Assembly: GCF_000341395.1 (NCBI RefSeq)
Contig: NC_020304.1
Location: forward strand, 3,750,001-3,782,000
Length of the DNA: 32,000 bases
Reading direction: 5' to 3'
From: Desulfocapsa sulfexigens DSM 10523
GTDB taxonomy: Bacteria; Desulfobacterota; Desulfobulbia; Desulfobulbales; Desulfocapsaceae
The notes under the pieces are model-generated. The model did not search any database and was not told the DNA's origin. It was given only the letters and a program-made list of their open reading frames with translations. Every line of letters begins with the position of its first letter. Position 1 is the first letter of the stretch. Of the stretch, positions 8,620-18,805 are shown in pieces. A program made the translations under genes and the position numbers.

Positions 8620-9080
8620 AAAACTGCCCCGAAAAAACTAGGCCCACCCGGAACAGCAAGTTCTTCCCATTGAGTAAGCCACAAATCAGCATATTTTCCT
8701 GCTCTTTTTCCAGACAAAGACAATTCGTCGACATTAGCAATACTGTCCAACCATATCGTTTTAGCGCCCAATTTTTTTCCCAAAAAAATAGCTAAGAATC
8801 CTGGAGCTGCACCAGTTGAAACGACGACGTCAGGTCGGACAAAGAGAATACGTACAAACATGATGCAAGCAAGCCATAGTAACTTCAATTTGTTCCAGCG
8901 ACTGGCATCAGGCACAACAATAAAACGATTGTCCCCAACAGTAGTTGAATATTTGGCCTCAGTAGTCATAAAAATCAGCTCACAACCATCGAAAGCAGGT
9001 AGTAATCTATTTAACTGCACCCAATGTCCACCGGCTGATGCTACTAGCATGATTTTTTTTTTCTTAGCAGACACTTTCAA
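8616..9080 (-). CDS. Alg14/PssD-like glycosyltransferase subunit
   Basis: IMLVASAGGHWVQLNRLLP, RPDVVVSTGAAPGFLAIFLGKKLGAKTIWLDSIANV. 4-nt overlap with the PssE-like gene. Confidence 0.9.
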   Translation of the reverse strand: MKVSAKKKKIMLVASAGGHWVQLNRLLPAFDGCELIFMTTEAKYSTTVGDNRFIVVPDASRWNKLKLLWLACIMFVRILFVRPDVVVSTGAAPGFLAIFLGKKLGAKTIWLDSIANVDELSLSGKRAGKYADLWLTQWEELAVPGGPSFFGAVL

Positions 9081-9085
9081 GCACC

Positions 9086-9940
9086 TTACTTATCTATATT
9101 TATTGCTCGACTACTAATATCACGTTCCCAGCAACTGAAACCATATAATTTACGTTGATATTTAGCCCGTATTCGCGACACCATATTAACATAAATATAT
9201 ATTGGTAACCTCACCCAGTTGCTCGGTTTTCTGAGTAAAACAAGAAAAGCAGATCCATATTTTTTTTCTTCACGATTCATTAATTCAGGAAATTTTTCAG
9301 CCAACTCGTATCTTCCCAACCTGCTCCGAGTTTTTATTTTTATCAAATCAGACAATTTGGCTGGAGAACGCACATTAGAATGACTCTGTTGAACAGCTAC
9401 TCTTTCGTCCTTTTTAAATATCGCCCGAATAAAACCATCATCAGCAATTATATCTGGAAACTTGTCAAACCTTCCTCGACCTTCTTCCGATAGAGCATAC
9501 ACTCCTGTGCCAATCATGCCTTCTTTCACATATGGTAATTGCTGCCAAATATAATAAAAACTTTTAACAGGCCATGATGAGCCACGAAAATCCATTCGCA
9601 TGGTAGAAGAGGCTGCCAGACAATGTCCTTTTGAAAGTTCTTCAGCCAGAGCCATTACAGATTTTGTAGAAAGGACAATATCAGCATCGAGATACACACG
9701 GGGAAACTCAGAGGCTGCATCATCACCTAAATTAAGGGCATTGGTTTTTGATGCCACAGATGTTTCAATGCATTTAATCTTGGTGCCAAAAGAACGAACG
9801 ACTCCAGCAGTATCATCTGTACAACCATTACAAACGACCACCAGTTCAATTGTACCATCTTGCACAGCTGCCAGAAGAGCTTGAAGAGTATTAGCAATAA
9901 CGTTAGCTTCATTATGCGCAGGAATAATTACTGAGACCAC
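9086..9940 (-). CDS. GT2 family glycosyltransferase
   Basis: VSVIIPAHNEANVIANTLQALL, ...VYLDADIVLS...; GT-A fold motifs. Confidence 0.88.
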   Translation of the reverse strand: MVSVIIPAHNEANVIANTLQALLAAVQDGTIELVVVCNGCTDDTAGVVRSFGTKIKCIETSVASKTNALNLGDDAASEFPRVYLDADIVLSTKSVMALAEELSKGHCLAASSTMRMDFRGSSWPVKSFYYIWQQLPYVKEGMIGTGVYALSEEGRGRFDKFPDIIADDGFIRAIFKKDERVAVQQSHSNVRSPAKLSDLIKIKTRSRLGRYELAEKFPELMNREEKKYGSAFLVLLRKPSNWVRLPIYIYVNMVSRIRAKYQRKLYGFSCWERDISSRAINIDK

Positions 9941-10008
9941 TATCCACCCTTACTATCATCAAGCATTTCACAAGTTACTACACGCCTTACTGCTGCAGTA
10001 ACCCTTCA

Positions 10009-10947
10009 CTAAGAAAGCCACTCTTTGCGTCGCCTCCAAACTGCCCCCCACACTTCTTTTGACTCTTCTGATTTTTTCTTTCCTAGAAATGTCAACAACC
10101 CATGAATCAGATAGCGGGACAAAGGCCAGCCAGCAAGCATAGCCACCCCCAAAGGAACAGTCACTGGACTAAAATGTCGACGAATTAAAAGTCCCTTCGC
10201 TTTCACCAGTCGCACCAATTTATCTGAACGAATCGTCTCCGAAGCACCTCCATAGTGGACAATAGTAGCGTCTGAGGTAACCATAGGCCTTGCGCCCTTT
10301 CTTTTTGCACGTAAACACAAGTCGGCCTCCTCACCATACATAAAAAAGTCGGAGTTAAAGCCCCCCATTTCATTCCAGAAATCCCTTTTAATAAGCAGAA
10401 AACAACCAGAAACAATGTCTACTGTTCTGATACCTTCCCTATTCCACCCTCCAATCCCTTCAGGGTTAAATATGTTGGTTCTGCGAAACAACGAAGAGAG
10501 ACCGACAACCTGGCTAAAAAGACTCCAAAGGGTTTGTCTTTGCCAACATGAAGATGGGTTAAGCGTTCCGTCAGCAAAACATGTTTTACCACCCCATATT
10601 TTTGCCTCTGAATGGTCTTTTGCAAAAGATAAGAGTTTTTCTATCGCCTGATCCAATACTAAAGTATCAGGATTCAGCAATAGCAGGTATTCTCCAGTGG
10701 CTACTTTAGCTGCTTCGTTATTGCCCCCTGCAAAACCAATATTTTCCTTATTAGTTATAAGATGAACCCGACCTTGAAAAGCGTTATGTATCTCTTCGGC
10801 AGAATTATCTGTTGAGTTGTTATCAAGTACAATAACCTCAAAAGGTAGATGTACAGAGTCCACTGCAAAAACAGAGTCCAAAGCCTTAAGTGTTAGCTCA
10901 CACGTATTATAACTAATGACTAAAATGGAAAGCAGCATAGAAGACAT
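10009..10947 (-). CDS. GT2 family glycosyltransferase (rhamnosyltransferase/WbbL-like)
   Basis: SILVISYNTCELTLKALDSVF, VIVLDNNSTDNSAEEI, GFAGGNNEA, GGFNSDFFMYGEEADLCLR. Confidence 0.92.
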   Translation of the reverse strand: MSSMLLSILVISYNTCELTLKALDSVFAVDSVHLPFEVIVLDNNSTDNSAEEIHNAFQGRVHLITNKENIGFAGGNNEAAKVATGEYLLLLNPDTLVLDQAIEKLLSFAKDHSEAKIWGGKTCFADGTLNPSSCWQRQTLWSLFSQVVGLSSLFRRTNIFNPEGIGGWNREGIRTVDIVSGCFLLIKRDFWNEMGGFNSDFFMYGEEADLCLRAKRKGARPMVTSDATIVHYGGASETIRSDKLVRLVKAKGLLIRRHFSPVTVPLGVAMLAGWPLSRYLIHGLLTFLGKKKSEESKEVWGAVWRRRKEWLS

Positions 10948-12231
10948 TTACAGGTTAGAACTGGTTGAAAACCAACGTTCATCATATGCATACGCTGCAA
11001 TGGCTATCGTCAAGTATAAAAGCATGGTAATTTGACCAAAATACGCAACAGATAAAAATGTAACACAATGCCCCATCATCATGACAGCCACTCCCCACCA
11101 TAACCATTGATCCTCAATTTCAGTTTCAGATTTCGAATATGAAACCAATGTTGTGATGACTTTATAACACAAGATTATAAAGAGCAGCATTGTGAAAAAG
11201 CCCCCTCGAACTCCTTCCAACAAGTAATGATTGGTCACATCTGTGAATGTTGCCCACGTATGTGGCCAATATTTGGTATGCCACTGAGGCCCCACATCTC
11301 CATAACCGAATAACCACCAATTCGAAAACTCTTTGACAGCGGCATCTACCAACATATATCTATGATAACCGGTTGAGCTACCTTTGACCGATATTCGAAC
11401 ATAAAGAAAGTGCCATAATGGTGATTCTCTAACCACATGAATAAATATCGCAACAGACAACATAAATCGCGCCAAAAGCGAACTATATTGTTTCCATTTA
11501 AAAAACCAAAGGAAGCAAATTATTGCAGCAAGCGCAACTATCGGTCCACTTGAGGAAGAGGCATATACAAAAAACACACAACAAAAAATGGAAAACAGCC
11601 TGACTTTACTTCTAGATTTTTTATAATCAGCCCAAAGGATTGGTACCAATGCGGCAGCAAAAGAACCATACAGGATCGAATGACTGAATGTGGCAGCAGC
11701 CCTGATTTCACCGTCCCTAATAGAGATAGCATTCCGCCCCAAAACTGAGAACAAATTGTTTGCGGAATAAAACTCAAAAATAGTAAACGGTAGCAATACA
11801 ATAACACAGACAGAAAATGTTCTTATTATTAACCGTATGCTATCCTTTGAATAAATAGAGTACCTAATAACCAAATAAATAATGATACTATCGACAAAGA
11901 CCCCGCTCTTAAATATAAAAGCTCCGAACTTATCTTGACTAGCTAGCAAATACACAATCGTCCCCAATAAGTTGTAGTAAATAAAATATTTATCTATTGT
12001 ATTCAACCGAATTCTAACATAATCACCACAGGCATATATTTTAAGCAAACCAACTAGAGCAATTACTCGGACAGCATAAAAATCAAGAGTCCCAATCTTA
12101 ATGGATATATCTGCCGGTAAAAAACACATTGCAATAATCAGTGGAACAACCACATTTTCTTTTCTTACCATTACAATACTTATGCTGAGAAAAGAAAGAA
12201 GGGCTATAAATGCTGGGGTTGTATTATGCAA
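10948..12231 (-). CDS. O-antigen ligase/Wzy-like polymerase
   Basis: Multi-pass membrane protein with a periplasmic-loop-like region WWLFGYGDVGP...TDVTNHYLLEGVRGGFFTMLLF. Confidence 0.8.
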   Translation of the reverse strand: MHNTTPAFIALLSFLSISIVMVRKENVVVPLIIAMCFLPADISIKIGTLDFYAVRVIALVGLLKIYACGDYVRIRLNTIDKYFIYYNLLGTIVYLLASQDKFGAFIFKSGVFVDSIIIYLVIRYSIYSKDSIRLIIRTFSVCVIVLLPFTIFEFYSANNLFSVLGRNAISIRDGEIRAAATFSHSILYGSFAAALVPILWADYKKSRSKVRLFSIFCCVFFVYASSSSGPIVALAAIICFLWFFKWKQYSSLLARFMLSVAIFIHVVRESPLWHFLYVRISVKGSSTGYHRYMLVDAAVKEFSNWWLFGYGDVGPQWHTKYWPHTWATFTDVTNHYLLEGVRGGFFTMLLFIILCYKVITTLVSYSKSETEIEDQWLWWGVAVMMMGHCVTFLSVAYFGQITMLLYLTIAIAAYAYDERWFSTSSNL

Positions 12232-12378
12232 ATTGAGTTAACCAGTCAGAGGAATGATTCATTAACGTAATCATGAAAAAGGTCCTTTTACTAGGGAACC
12301 TTAAAAAGGGATGTTAAAATCAATCAATACTACTACTTTCAGATTTCTCTAGTCTAAATAATAATATCTCATAATGTT

Positions 12379-13110
12379 ATGATGAAAAACATTTTTTACT
12401 TATTCTTTGTTTTTGTAGTATTCTCAGGCATTGTAGCTACAACAACTATCTCATATTACAAACAAAAAAAAACAGACCGACTCTATAATTACAAATTAAA
12501 AGAAACTTGTCCCATTCACGTTTCAATTCAAAGTAACAATATAATATTATACGGAGATTCTCGTATCTTTGAGTGGGGGGAACCTGATTTTGGGGAAGGC
12601 TTTGTAGCCATCAATTATGGAGTTACAGGGGCAACTACAGAAGAAACTTTACATCTAATTGAAAATACCATTTTTGATGTCAGTCCAAAATGGTATATAG
12701 TCCAAGTGGGCATAAATGATCTTGTCGCTGCTAGTATGTTAGACACAAACAACCAACAAAGAGTTCAAACCAAGGCCTTACTCAACATAAAAAAAATCAT
12801 AAAAAAACTTTCTTCAAGTGGTAGCCATGTAATAGTTTTAACCGTCGTTCCACCAATTTCACCTAGTTTTTTCAAGCGACTAATATGGGGAAAGGGAATA
12901 GAAAATGCTAGCCATCAATTATCGCTCAGCTTATTGAGCGAATCTTCTAAGAACATTACTGTTATTGATATGAGGAGGATTTTCCTCCAACCCGGCACTA
13001 GATCATGGAATACAGCATACTCCAAAGATGCTTTGCATTGGAATAATAAAGCTTACGAAGCACTGACTTTTGAGGTCAATAAACTTATTTCAAAAACCAC
13101 TCAACCATAA
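12379..13110 (+). CDS. Membrane-anchored SGNH/GDSL-family hydrolase
   Basis: N-terminal TM. SGNH blocks: ILYGDSRIFEWG, NYGVTGATTEE, VQVGINDLV, SKDALHWNNKAYEAL. Confidence 0.85.
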   Translation: MMKNIFYLFFVFVVFSGIVATTTISYYKQKKTDRLYNYKLKETCPIHVSIQSNNIILYGDSRIFEWGEPDFGEGFVAINYGVTGATTEETLHLIENTIFDVSPKWYIVQVGINDLVAASMLDTNNQQRVQTKALLNIKKIIKKLSSSGSHVIVLTVVPPISPSFFKRLIWGKGIENASHQLSLSLLSESSKNITVIDMRRIFLQPGTRSWNTAYSKDALHWNNKAYEALTFEVNKLISKTTQP

Positions 13111-13126
13111 TTACTTGTAGGTTCTC

Positions 13127-13567
13127 ATGCTAAATAATAAATATCTCCAAATGATTTTGGTACAAATCAGACACCTACTCCTTTCGTTACGGAACATTTA
13201 CCTCAGAAAAGTATGTGGCATGACTATTGGTAAAGATGTCCGGATTTCTTTAAAAGCAAATTTGGACAAGCGTAACCCGAAAGGAGTAATCATAGGGGAT
13301 GGAACATACCTCGCGTTTGGAGCAACTATTCTCTGTCACGATATGGCGAGAAATATTAGAGGCGATGTGAGAATAGGAAAAAACTGTTTTATTGGTGCTC
13401 AATGTATAATCTTACCTGGCGTTACTATCGGTGATGAAGTTGTTATAGCAGCTGGTGCGGTGGTCACTAGGGACGTATTGAACAACACCATCGTTGCTGG
13501 CAATCCTGCAAAACCCATCCGACAAGGTATAAAAACCATTAAATGGGGAAGAATAGTAACCACATGA
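13127..13567 (+). CDS. Left-handed beta-helix (hexapeptide) O-acyltransferase
   Basis: Hexapeptide repeats (GDVRIGKNCFIGAQCIILPGVTIGDEVVIAAGAVVTRDV) and NTIVAGNPAKPIR end motif. Confidence 0.92.
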   Translation: MLNNKYLQMILVQIRHLLLSLRNIYLRKVCGMTIGKDVRISLKANLDKRNPKGVIIGDGTYLAFGATILCHDMARNIRGDVRIGKNCFIGAQCIILPGVTIGDEVVIAAGAVVTRDVLNNTIVAGNPAKPIRQGIKTIKWGRIVTT

Positions 13568-13600
13568 CGTCAATCACTATCAAAACATGAAATATTTAAT

Positions 13601-14983
13601 ATGATTAACTTTAGGCTATACGCTATACAATACCTGACAGCGATCCTAGTGCTATTTTGTTCAGTTGACTCAAGAGCAACAGACTTTTACATAGATCCTG
13701 AGAAGGGTACAGTGGAAGGAGATGGTACAAAAACAAGCCCCTGGTTAACCCTAGAAGAAGTCTGGAATTCAGGGAAAATACAAACACAAGCATGGATCCC
13801 TCCATACAAATCATCAACCAAAGCCCTCACTCCTAAAAACATTGGGGCCCCCATACAACCTGGTGACACGATACACCTTTTATCCGGACATCACGGTAAG
13901 TTAATTATAATAGGCGCTATCAATAACGATTGGATTACGGTTAAAGCTGCGGATGGAGCAAAACCAACTTTTGGTAGAATAATGCTTCGCTCATCTTCCA
14001 AATGGGTATTTGATGGGATCTCAATCAGTCCTAGCCACGTTGCCCCGTACAAAAAAAACATCTTATTCTTAGTAGAAGATCATAGTTGGAGTGGCCCATC
14101 ATCTTTCATCACTATTAGAAATAGTACATTGTTTGGCATGGCAAACATATCTGGATGGAATGCACAAAACTGGATAGCCTTTGCACCTGACGCAATACAT
14201 ACCGAAGCCGAAAACACCATTATAGAAAATATGAATATTTTTAATGTACATAATGGAGTTACTATAGAAAAAGCTGATTATACAGAAATAAAGAATTCTA
14301 CTATAAATCATATATCAGGCGATGGCATACAAAACAATCAATCCAGTTATGTAAAGATTGAATACAACACTATTAAAAACATTTACACCGTTGACAAAAC
14401 TCACAAAGACATGATTCAGGCGTGGACTTTCGACGCCCCTATCACAGGGATGGAAATCAGAGGAAATACCCTAGTCATGGCAGAAAATGATAAAAACCCT
14501 TTAACCTTAAAAGTCCAAGGAATTGGCATGTTTGATGGGTGGTATGACAATACCCTTGTAGAAAACAATCTGATAGTAACAAACACAGACCATGGCATTT
14601 CTTTTTACGGAGCTAAAAATTGTCGTATCATTAATAACACCGTTACATCTGTTCTCAATTCGTCAGTTGGCCCTACAGGTGCCCCCATAAGAATATATCC
14701 CCACAAAAATGGTACTCCTGGATTTGACAATATAATACGCAACAATCTTGCAACCTATATCAGTACGACAAATAGGGGCGTGGATGGTGGTGTACTAGTG
14801 GATCATAATATAAAGGTCATCAATTCAGATCATTTCATTAATGCTGAAGCTTTCGATTTCAGACTAAAAAAAACCTCACCTGCTATCGATACAGGCTCCA
14901 TCATTTTTAGTCCAGAAATTGATATTTTAAAAAATCCTAGAACAAATATCCCTGATATCGGAGCATATGAATACATCAAGTAA
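13601..14983 (+). CDS. Secreted right-handed parallel beta-helix protein (pectate-lyase/PbH1-like)
   Basis: Signal peptide, FYIDPEKGTVEGDGTKTSPWLTLEE, GDTIHLLSG, multiple N/I-rich coils (NNTVTSVLN), and C-terminal SPAIDTGS...NIPDIGAYEY. Confidence 0.82.
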   Translation: MINFRLYAIQYLTAILVLFCSVDSRATDFYIDPEKGTVEGDGTKTSPWLTLEEVWNSGKIQTQAWIPPYKSSTKALTPKNIGAPIQPGDTIHLLSGHHGKLIIIGAINNDWITVKAADGAKPTFGRIMLRSSSKWVFDGISISPSHVAPYKKNILFLVEDHSWSGPSSFITIRNSTLFGMANISGWNAQNWIAFAPDAIHTEAENTIIENMNIFNVHNGVTIEKADYTEIKNSTINHISGDGIQNNQSSYVKIEYNTIKNIYTVDKTHKDMIQAWTFDAPITGMEIRGNTLVMAENDKNPLTLKVQGIGMFDGWYDNTLVENNLIVTNTDHGISFYGAKNCRIINNTVTSVLNSSVGPTGAPIRIYPHKNGTPGFDNIIRNNLATYISTTNRGVDGGVLVDHNIKVINSDHFINAEAFDFRLKKTSPAIDTGSIIFSPEIDILKNPRTNIPDIGAYEYIK

Positions 14984-15057
14984 AAAATCATGCTACTTAC
15001 ACAAGCAACAGGAAACACAAACAAAAAAATCCGTTAAGCCTGAGAAAATACTATATT

Positions 15058-15966
15058 TTAAATAACAATTGCTTCACAATTAGGTCTTGGATAAAAAGGA
15101 GAACGACGTGAAATAGCTTTAATTACTCTAACCACAAATGATAAATACTTATTACCACAACATATAAATAGGAATTTATAATATTTAATCTGTTTATCAA
15201 GTAGTTCTGGTTTTGGTACACCAGCCATATCTAGAAATGTTTTTAGATTTTCTAATATTTTTATTATTTGTTTTGTTTCCTTTGAGGTATTGCTATTTGA
15301 AGAAAGGCTATCTTTTGTGTCTGTTTGATAAATAACAAATGGAGTCGTTTCATATCCAACATTACATAAAAAAGAAAGCTTCAATGCTATATCATAGTCT
15401 TCTAATATTTTTAATCTTTCATCGTAACCTCCAGCCTTATTAAAAATATTTTTCTTAATGATAGCACCCTGATTAAACATAATAAATCTTGTTAATAGGA
15501 TTGAAGACATATTCCAACATAGTCCTTGAGGTGGTTTAGGAGTGAAACACGCATTTTGAAAACTATTCGTGTTTTTCCCAACTTGAGGATAAAAACCCAT
15601 GTTACAAATCACACAACCCAGTTCTGTTTTAGATTTATGAATGATCATTATTTGCCTGTGGAGTTTTTCAGGTAACCAGCAATCATCTGAATCAAGAAAT
15701 GCTATCCACTCACCTTTGGCAATTTTTACCCCTGCGTTTCTAGCAGCACTAGCCCCTTTGTTTTCCTGATAAAGATAAATTATTTTTGACATATAAGGCC
15801 GTAACACCTCCTTAGTCCTGTCTATTGAACCGTCATCAATAACAATGATTTCGAAGTTGCTGTATGTTTGAGATAAAACACTTTCAATGGATCTTACAAT
15901 AGAATGAGCACGATTATACGTTGGGATTATTACCGATACACGGTTGTCAGTATTTACCTCTATCAT
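15058..15966 (-). CDS. GT2 family glycosyltransferase
   Basis: VSVIIPTYNRAHSIVRSIESVLSQTYSNFEIIVIDDGSIDRTKEVL, WIAFLDSDDCWLPEKL. Confidence 0.94.
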   Translation of the reverse strand: MIEVNTDNRVSVIIPTYNRAHSIVRSIESVLSQTYSNFEIIVIDDGSIDRTKEVLRPYMSKIIYLYQENKGASAARNAGVKIAKGEWIAFLDSDDCWLPEKLHRQIMIIHKSKTELGCVICNMGFYPQVGKNTNSFQNACFTPKPPQGLCWNMSSILLTRFIMFNQGAIIKKNIFNKAGGYDERLKILEDYDIALKLSFLCNVGYETTPFVIYQTDTKDSLSSNSNTSKETKQIIKILENLKTFLDMAGVPKPELLDKQIKYYKFLFICCGNKYLSFVVRVIKAISRRSPFYPRPNCEAIVI

Positions 15967-16113
15967 ATTTTTTCCTATATCTCACGGCATTAAAGGTAGC
16001 CATACATTTGATATAATTATATGACCACCTGAACTATGACCACATATCATTAGCACGATCTAAAGAAGCCATGAACTTGAATGAAATATATTGGAGAATA
16101 GAACAGATACATC

Positions 16114-17658
16114 CTATTTATCTGGTCCTGAACTTTTACTTGACGTAATTGTTAAGAAAACGATATTCCTTGTTAGAGGTAACATCAGATACATTACAAC
16201 CGTTAAGGTACAACTTCCACTTACAGCTATCAACAGGTTAACGACATGGCCATAAGCTTGAAATAGAGTAATGCTTATCAGTGCAATAGATGCCGCAACC
16301 ACGGCTCCATAAATTCCAGGAGTTACTACCTTCAAGCCATCCATCAACAGTACAGGTCCTTTCCGGAGGACCGCCCACGAAATCAGGGGGCTTCGCAAAA
16401 GTATCCCTGACACCCCATACGCCATCGCCAAACTCTCCGCTCCATGAGGGGCGGAGAGGAAAAAGAGCAAAACCAGCAATATAGTGTTAATTAACATATT
16501 TCGGAAATGCTCATACGCTCGTCCCTGTGATACCATTAGCCATGATAAAGAAATAGTGAAAGGCTGAACAATGCCGGCAATCCCAAGCCATCTGAATAAA
16601 ACAGGGACCTGCCCCCACCCCGGTCCAAGGACTACTTGGCATAACGGTTCAGCAATTACGACCAATATGGCTATCCCTGGAGTTGTAAGCATCAGCAGCC
16701 TAGTTGTAATTTGGACATAGGCATTTTTGTATCTTTCTGGTTCACCAGCCAGACGACTCAACACAGGTATAGCAACACTTCCAACTGGTGTAACTAACTG
16801 ACTCAAAGGCATCAAAAGCAATGCAAATGCTCTGTTATATTCACCCAACACAGCATTCCCATTAAAAAACCCAACAAGGAGATTGTCTGCATTGCGGCCC
16901 ACGCTTGCGAAAAAGGCACCTGCTGAAAAGTAACTTCCATCCTTAACAATACCTTTAACTTTATTGGATGGATTCGGTGATGATGGAAAAACTGGACAGA
17001 GAAAAAAAGTCAGTAATAGCGTGGATCCTACTTTTGTTAGTTGTAAAATAACAAGAGACCAATAGCTTAGGCCAGAAATTGCGGCATAAGCTGCCACGGA
17101 CACAGCAAAAGCAAAAGATACTGTTTTTATTAAAGCGACTCTCCCCATTAACAAACGACGTTTTAGTAATGCCGTGTTTATAATAGGTAAGTTAGAAAGG
17201 AATATTACACCGGCAAATGAAAGAGTAATATTTGTAATTCTAGAATCCTTGTAAATCCACCCCAGGACTGGGGCGAGCAACACTACAAAAACACACAAAA
17301 AACCGGCCAGCGTGAGATTAAACCAAAAGGCCTTATCGAACTGCTCACGACTTACAGTAGGTAGCCGAACGATTACATCTGCAACCCCAGCCTCTTGTAT
17401 AGACAAGACTATTGCCACTGCTGCGGTTACAACAGCCACAACACCAAAGTCATCAGGTACCAACAAGCGAGATAGTAATGAAATAGAGGCAATATAGAGG
17501 ATAAAAATCACAGCTTCAGCAACAACTGTTACAATACCTCCTCGAAACGTGCTACTCCGGAGATTTGAATTTTTTTCACTATTTCCAGCCAACAAGTCGA
17601 AGTCGGGCTTTATTTGTCCATTCTTTTTTTTATAACTCAACGTGCTCTCTCTAGGCAT
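16114..17658 (-). CDS. Wzx/WzxC-like polysaccharide flippase (MOP superfamily)
   Basis: Multi-pass membrane protein: LLSRLLVPDDFGVVAVVTAAVAI, VIVRLPTVSREQFDKAFWFNLTL, FNGNAVLGEYNRAFALLLMPLSQL. Confidence 0.93.
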   Translation of the reverse strand: MPRESTLSYKKKNGQIKPDFDLLAGNSEKNSNLRSSTFRGGIVTVVAEAVIFILYIASISLLSRLLVPDDFGVVAVVTAAVAIVLSIQEAGVADVIVRLPTVSREQFDKAFWFNLTLAGFLCVFVVLLAPVLGWIYKDSRITNITLSFAGVIFLSNLPIINTALLKRRLLMGRVALIKTVSFAFAVSVAAYAAISGLSYWSLVILQLTKVGSTLLLTFFLCPVFPSSPNPSNKVKGIVKDGSYFSAGAFFASVGRNADNLLVGFFNGNAVLGEYNRAFALLLMPLSQLVTPVGSVAIPVLSRLAGEPERYKNAYVQITTRLLMLTTPGIAILVVIAEPLCQVVLGPGWGQVPVLFRWLGIAGIVQPFTISLSWLMVSQGRAYEHFRNMLINTILLVLLFFLSAPHGAESLAMAYGVSGILLRSPLISWAVLRKGPVLLMDGLKVVTPGIYGAVVAASIALISITLFQAYGHVVNLLIAVSGSCTLTVVMYLMLPLTRNIVFLTITSSKSSGPDK

Positions 17659-17740
17659 AAAGACTATAATTCAACAATACATTGAAAATCACACACATGA
17701 CAACGATATTTCCGCAACCTCAACGAAGGGAACAATGCTC

Positions 17741-18766
17741 TTAAGAATGTAATAGTCGATCGACAACTTCAAGAACGGACTTTAAATCTCGTGCCCCAAT
17801 GGCCTCAGGACCTTTTGTCTGCCAAGTATCGGCAAAATTGGTTATTTTCTGATAAGAATTGTCAAAAAAAACATGAGGCTTCCCCAACAAAACACAAAGA
17901 ATATGCACATGCAGTCTATCGGTCACAATGACCCTTGCTGTTGAAAGCAGCCTCACTCCAATGGAATATCTAGACCAAAGTAGCATAGACCACGCCATAT
18001 ATTGAACTTTCTGCGTATTTGTCCTCCAAATTATAGGAGGCGGAACTATAGAAGCCAGATGCTCCAACGGGGTAAGTGATATTGGCAGATCTTTAACATC
18101 GGCCCAATCACCTTTTAAAACCTTCCAGTTTGAAATGTGTTTCTCTAATTGCTGAAAGAGTCCTCCATACTGCGACTCACTGTCCTGTCGAGAAAGTAAT
18201 AAAATATCGCATTGAGAAGCTGAAGAGACCTTTGGAGTAAGCGCAAAAGCTGAATCAGGAACCAACTCGATAGAGGCAACACCACTATCAACTAAAATCT
18301 GTTGGCTTTGAATGTCACGTACCATCAAATGAAAGTCACCATGTTGGGCCAGAATTTCCATGGACTTTGCCATGGTAATGGAACTGTCAAAGTTAACAGA
18401 TTGAGGAAGTTGATAAATTGTTGAATTAGGACAATTCTTTGCTATCCTTTCACGTAAACGTTGATGGGTCGGCCATATTGTCCCAAAATTCCCACCACCA
18501 TGAATAAGGACGACGCCCCGTTCCTTGTCTATTAGCCTTAAAACCTTATCAGGAGGAACTGCTCCGATGTACTTATAATTTGGAGAATACTTTTTTAGCA
18601 GTTTAAATTGTCCAAGCGCAATCAGGCTATCTCCAATATTCAAATGGTTGGGTAAATCGACAAGAATTACAGAACGATCTGCTAGCCTGAGACATGAGTA
18701 GGTATCAACAAGTTTATCTCGTAACCTTTCTCTACTACTTGTTGTTGCTGAGTTTTTTGTACTCAT
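17741..18766 (-). CDS. Polysaccharide pyruvyltransferase family protein
   Basis: NIGDSLIALGQ, VLIHGGGNFGTIWP, TARVIVTDRLHVHILCVLLGKPHVFFDNSYQKI. Confidence 0.92.
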   Translation of the reverse strand: MSTKNSATTSSRERLRDKLVDTYSCLRLADRSVILVDLPNHLNIGDSLIALGQFKLLKKYSPNYKYIGAVPPDKVLRLIDKERGVVLIHGGGNFGTIWPTHQRLRERIAKNCPNSTIYQLPQSVNFDSSITMAKSMEILAQHGDFHLMVRDIQSQQILVDSGVASIELVPDSAFALTPKVSSASQCDILLLSRQDSESQYGGLFQQLEKHISNWKVLKGDWADVKDLPISLTPLEHLASIVPPPIIWRTNTQKVQYMAWSMLLWSRYSIGVRLLSTARVIVTDRLHVHILCVLLGKPHVFFDNSYQKITNFADTWQTKGPEAIGARDLKSVLEVVDRLLHS

Positions 18767-18805
18767 TTCTTATACTGAAACATGTCAAAGGTTACATATG
18801 TTCTT

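Noticed and set aside
12289-12340. Short MKKVLLLGNLKKG-like peptide start upstream of the SGNH gene
   Set aside because: Opens like a glycosyltransferase/oxidoreductase N-terminus but stops almost immediately; too short to call a gene remnant.
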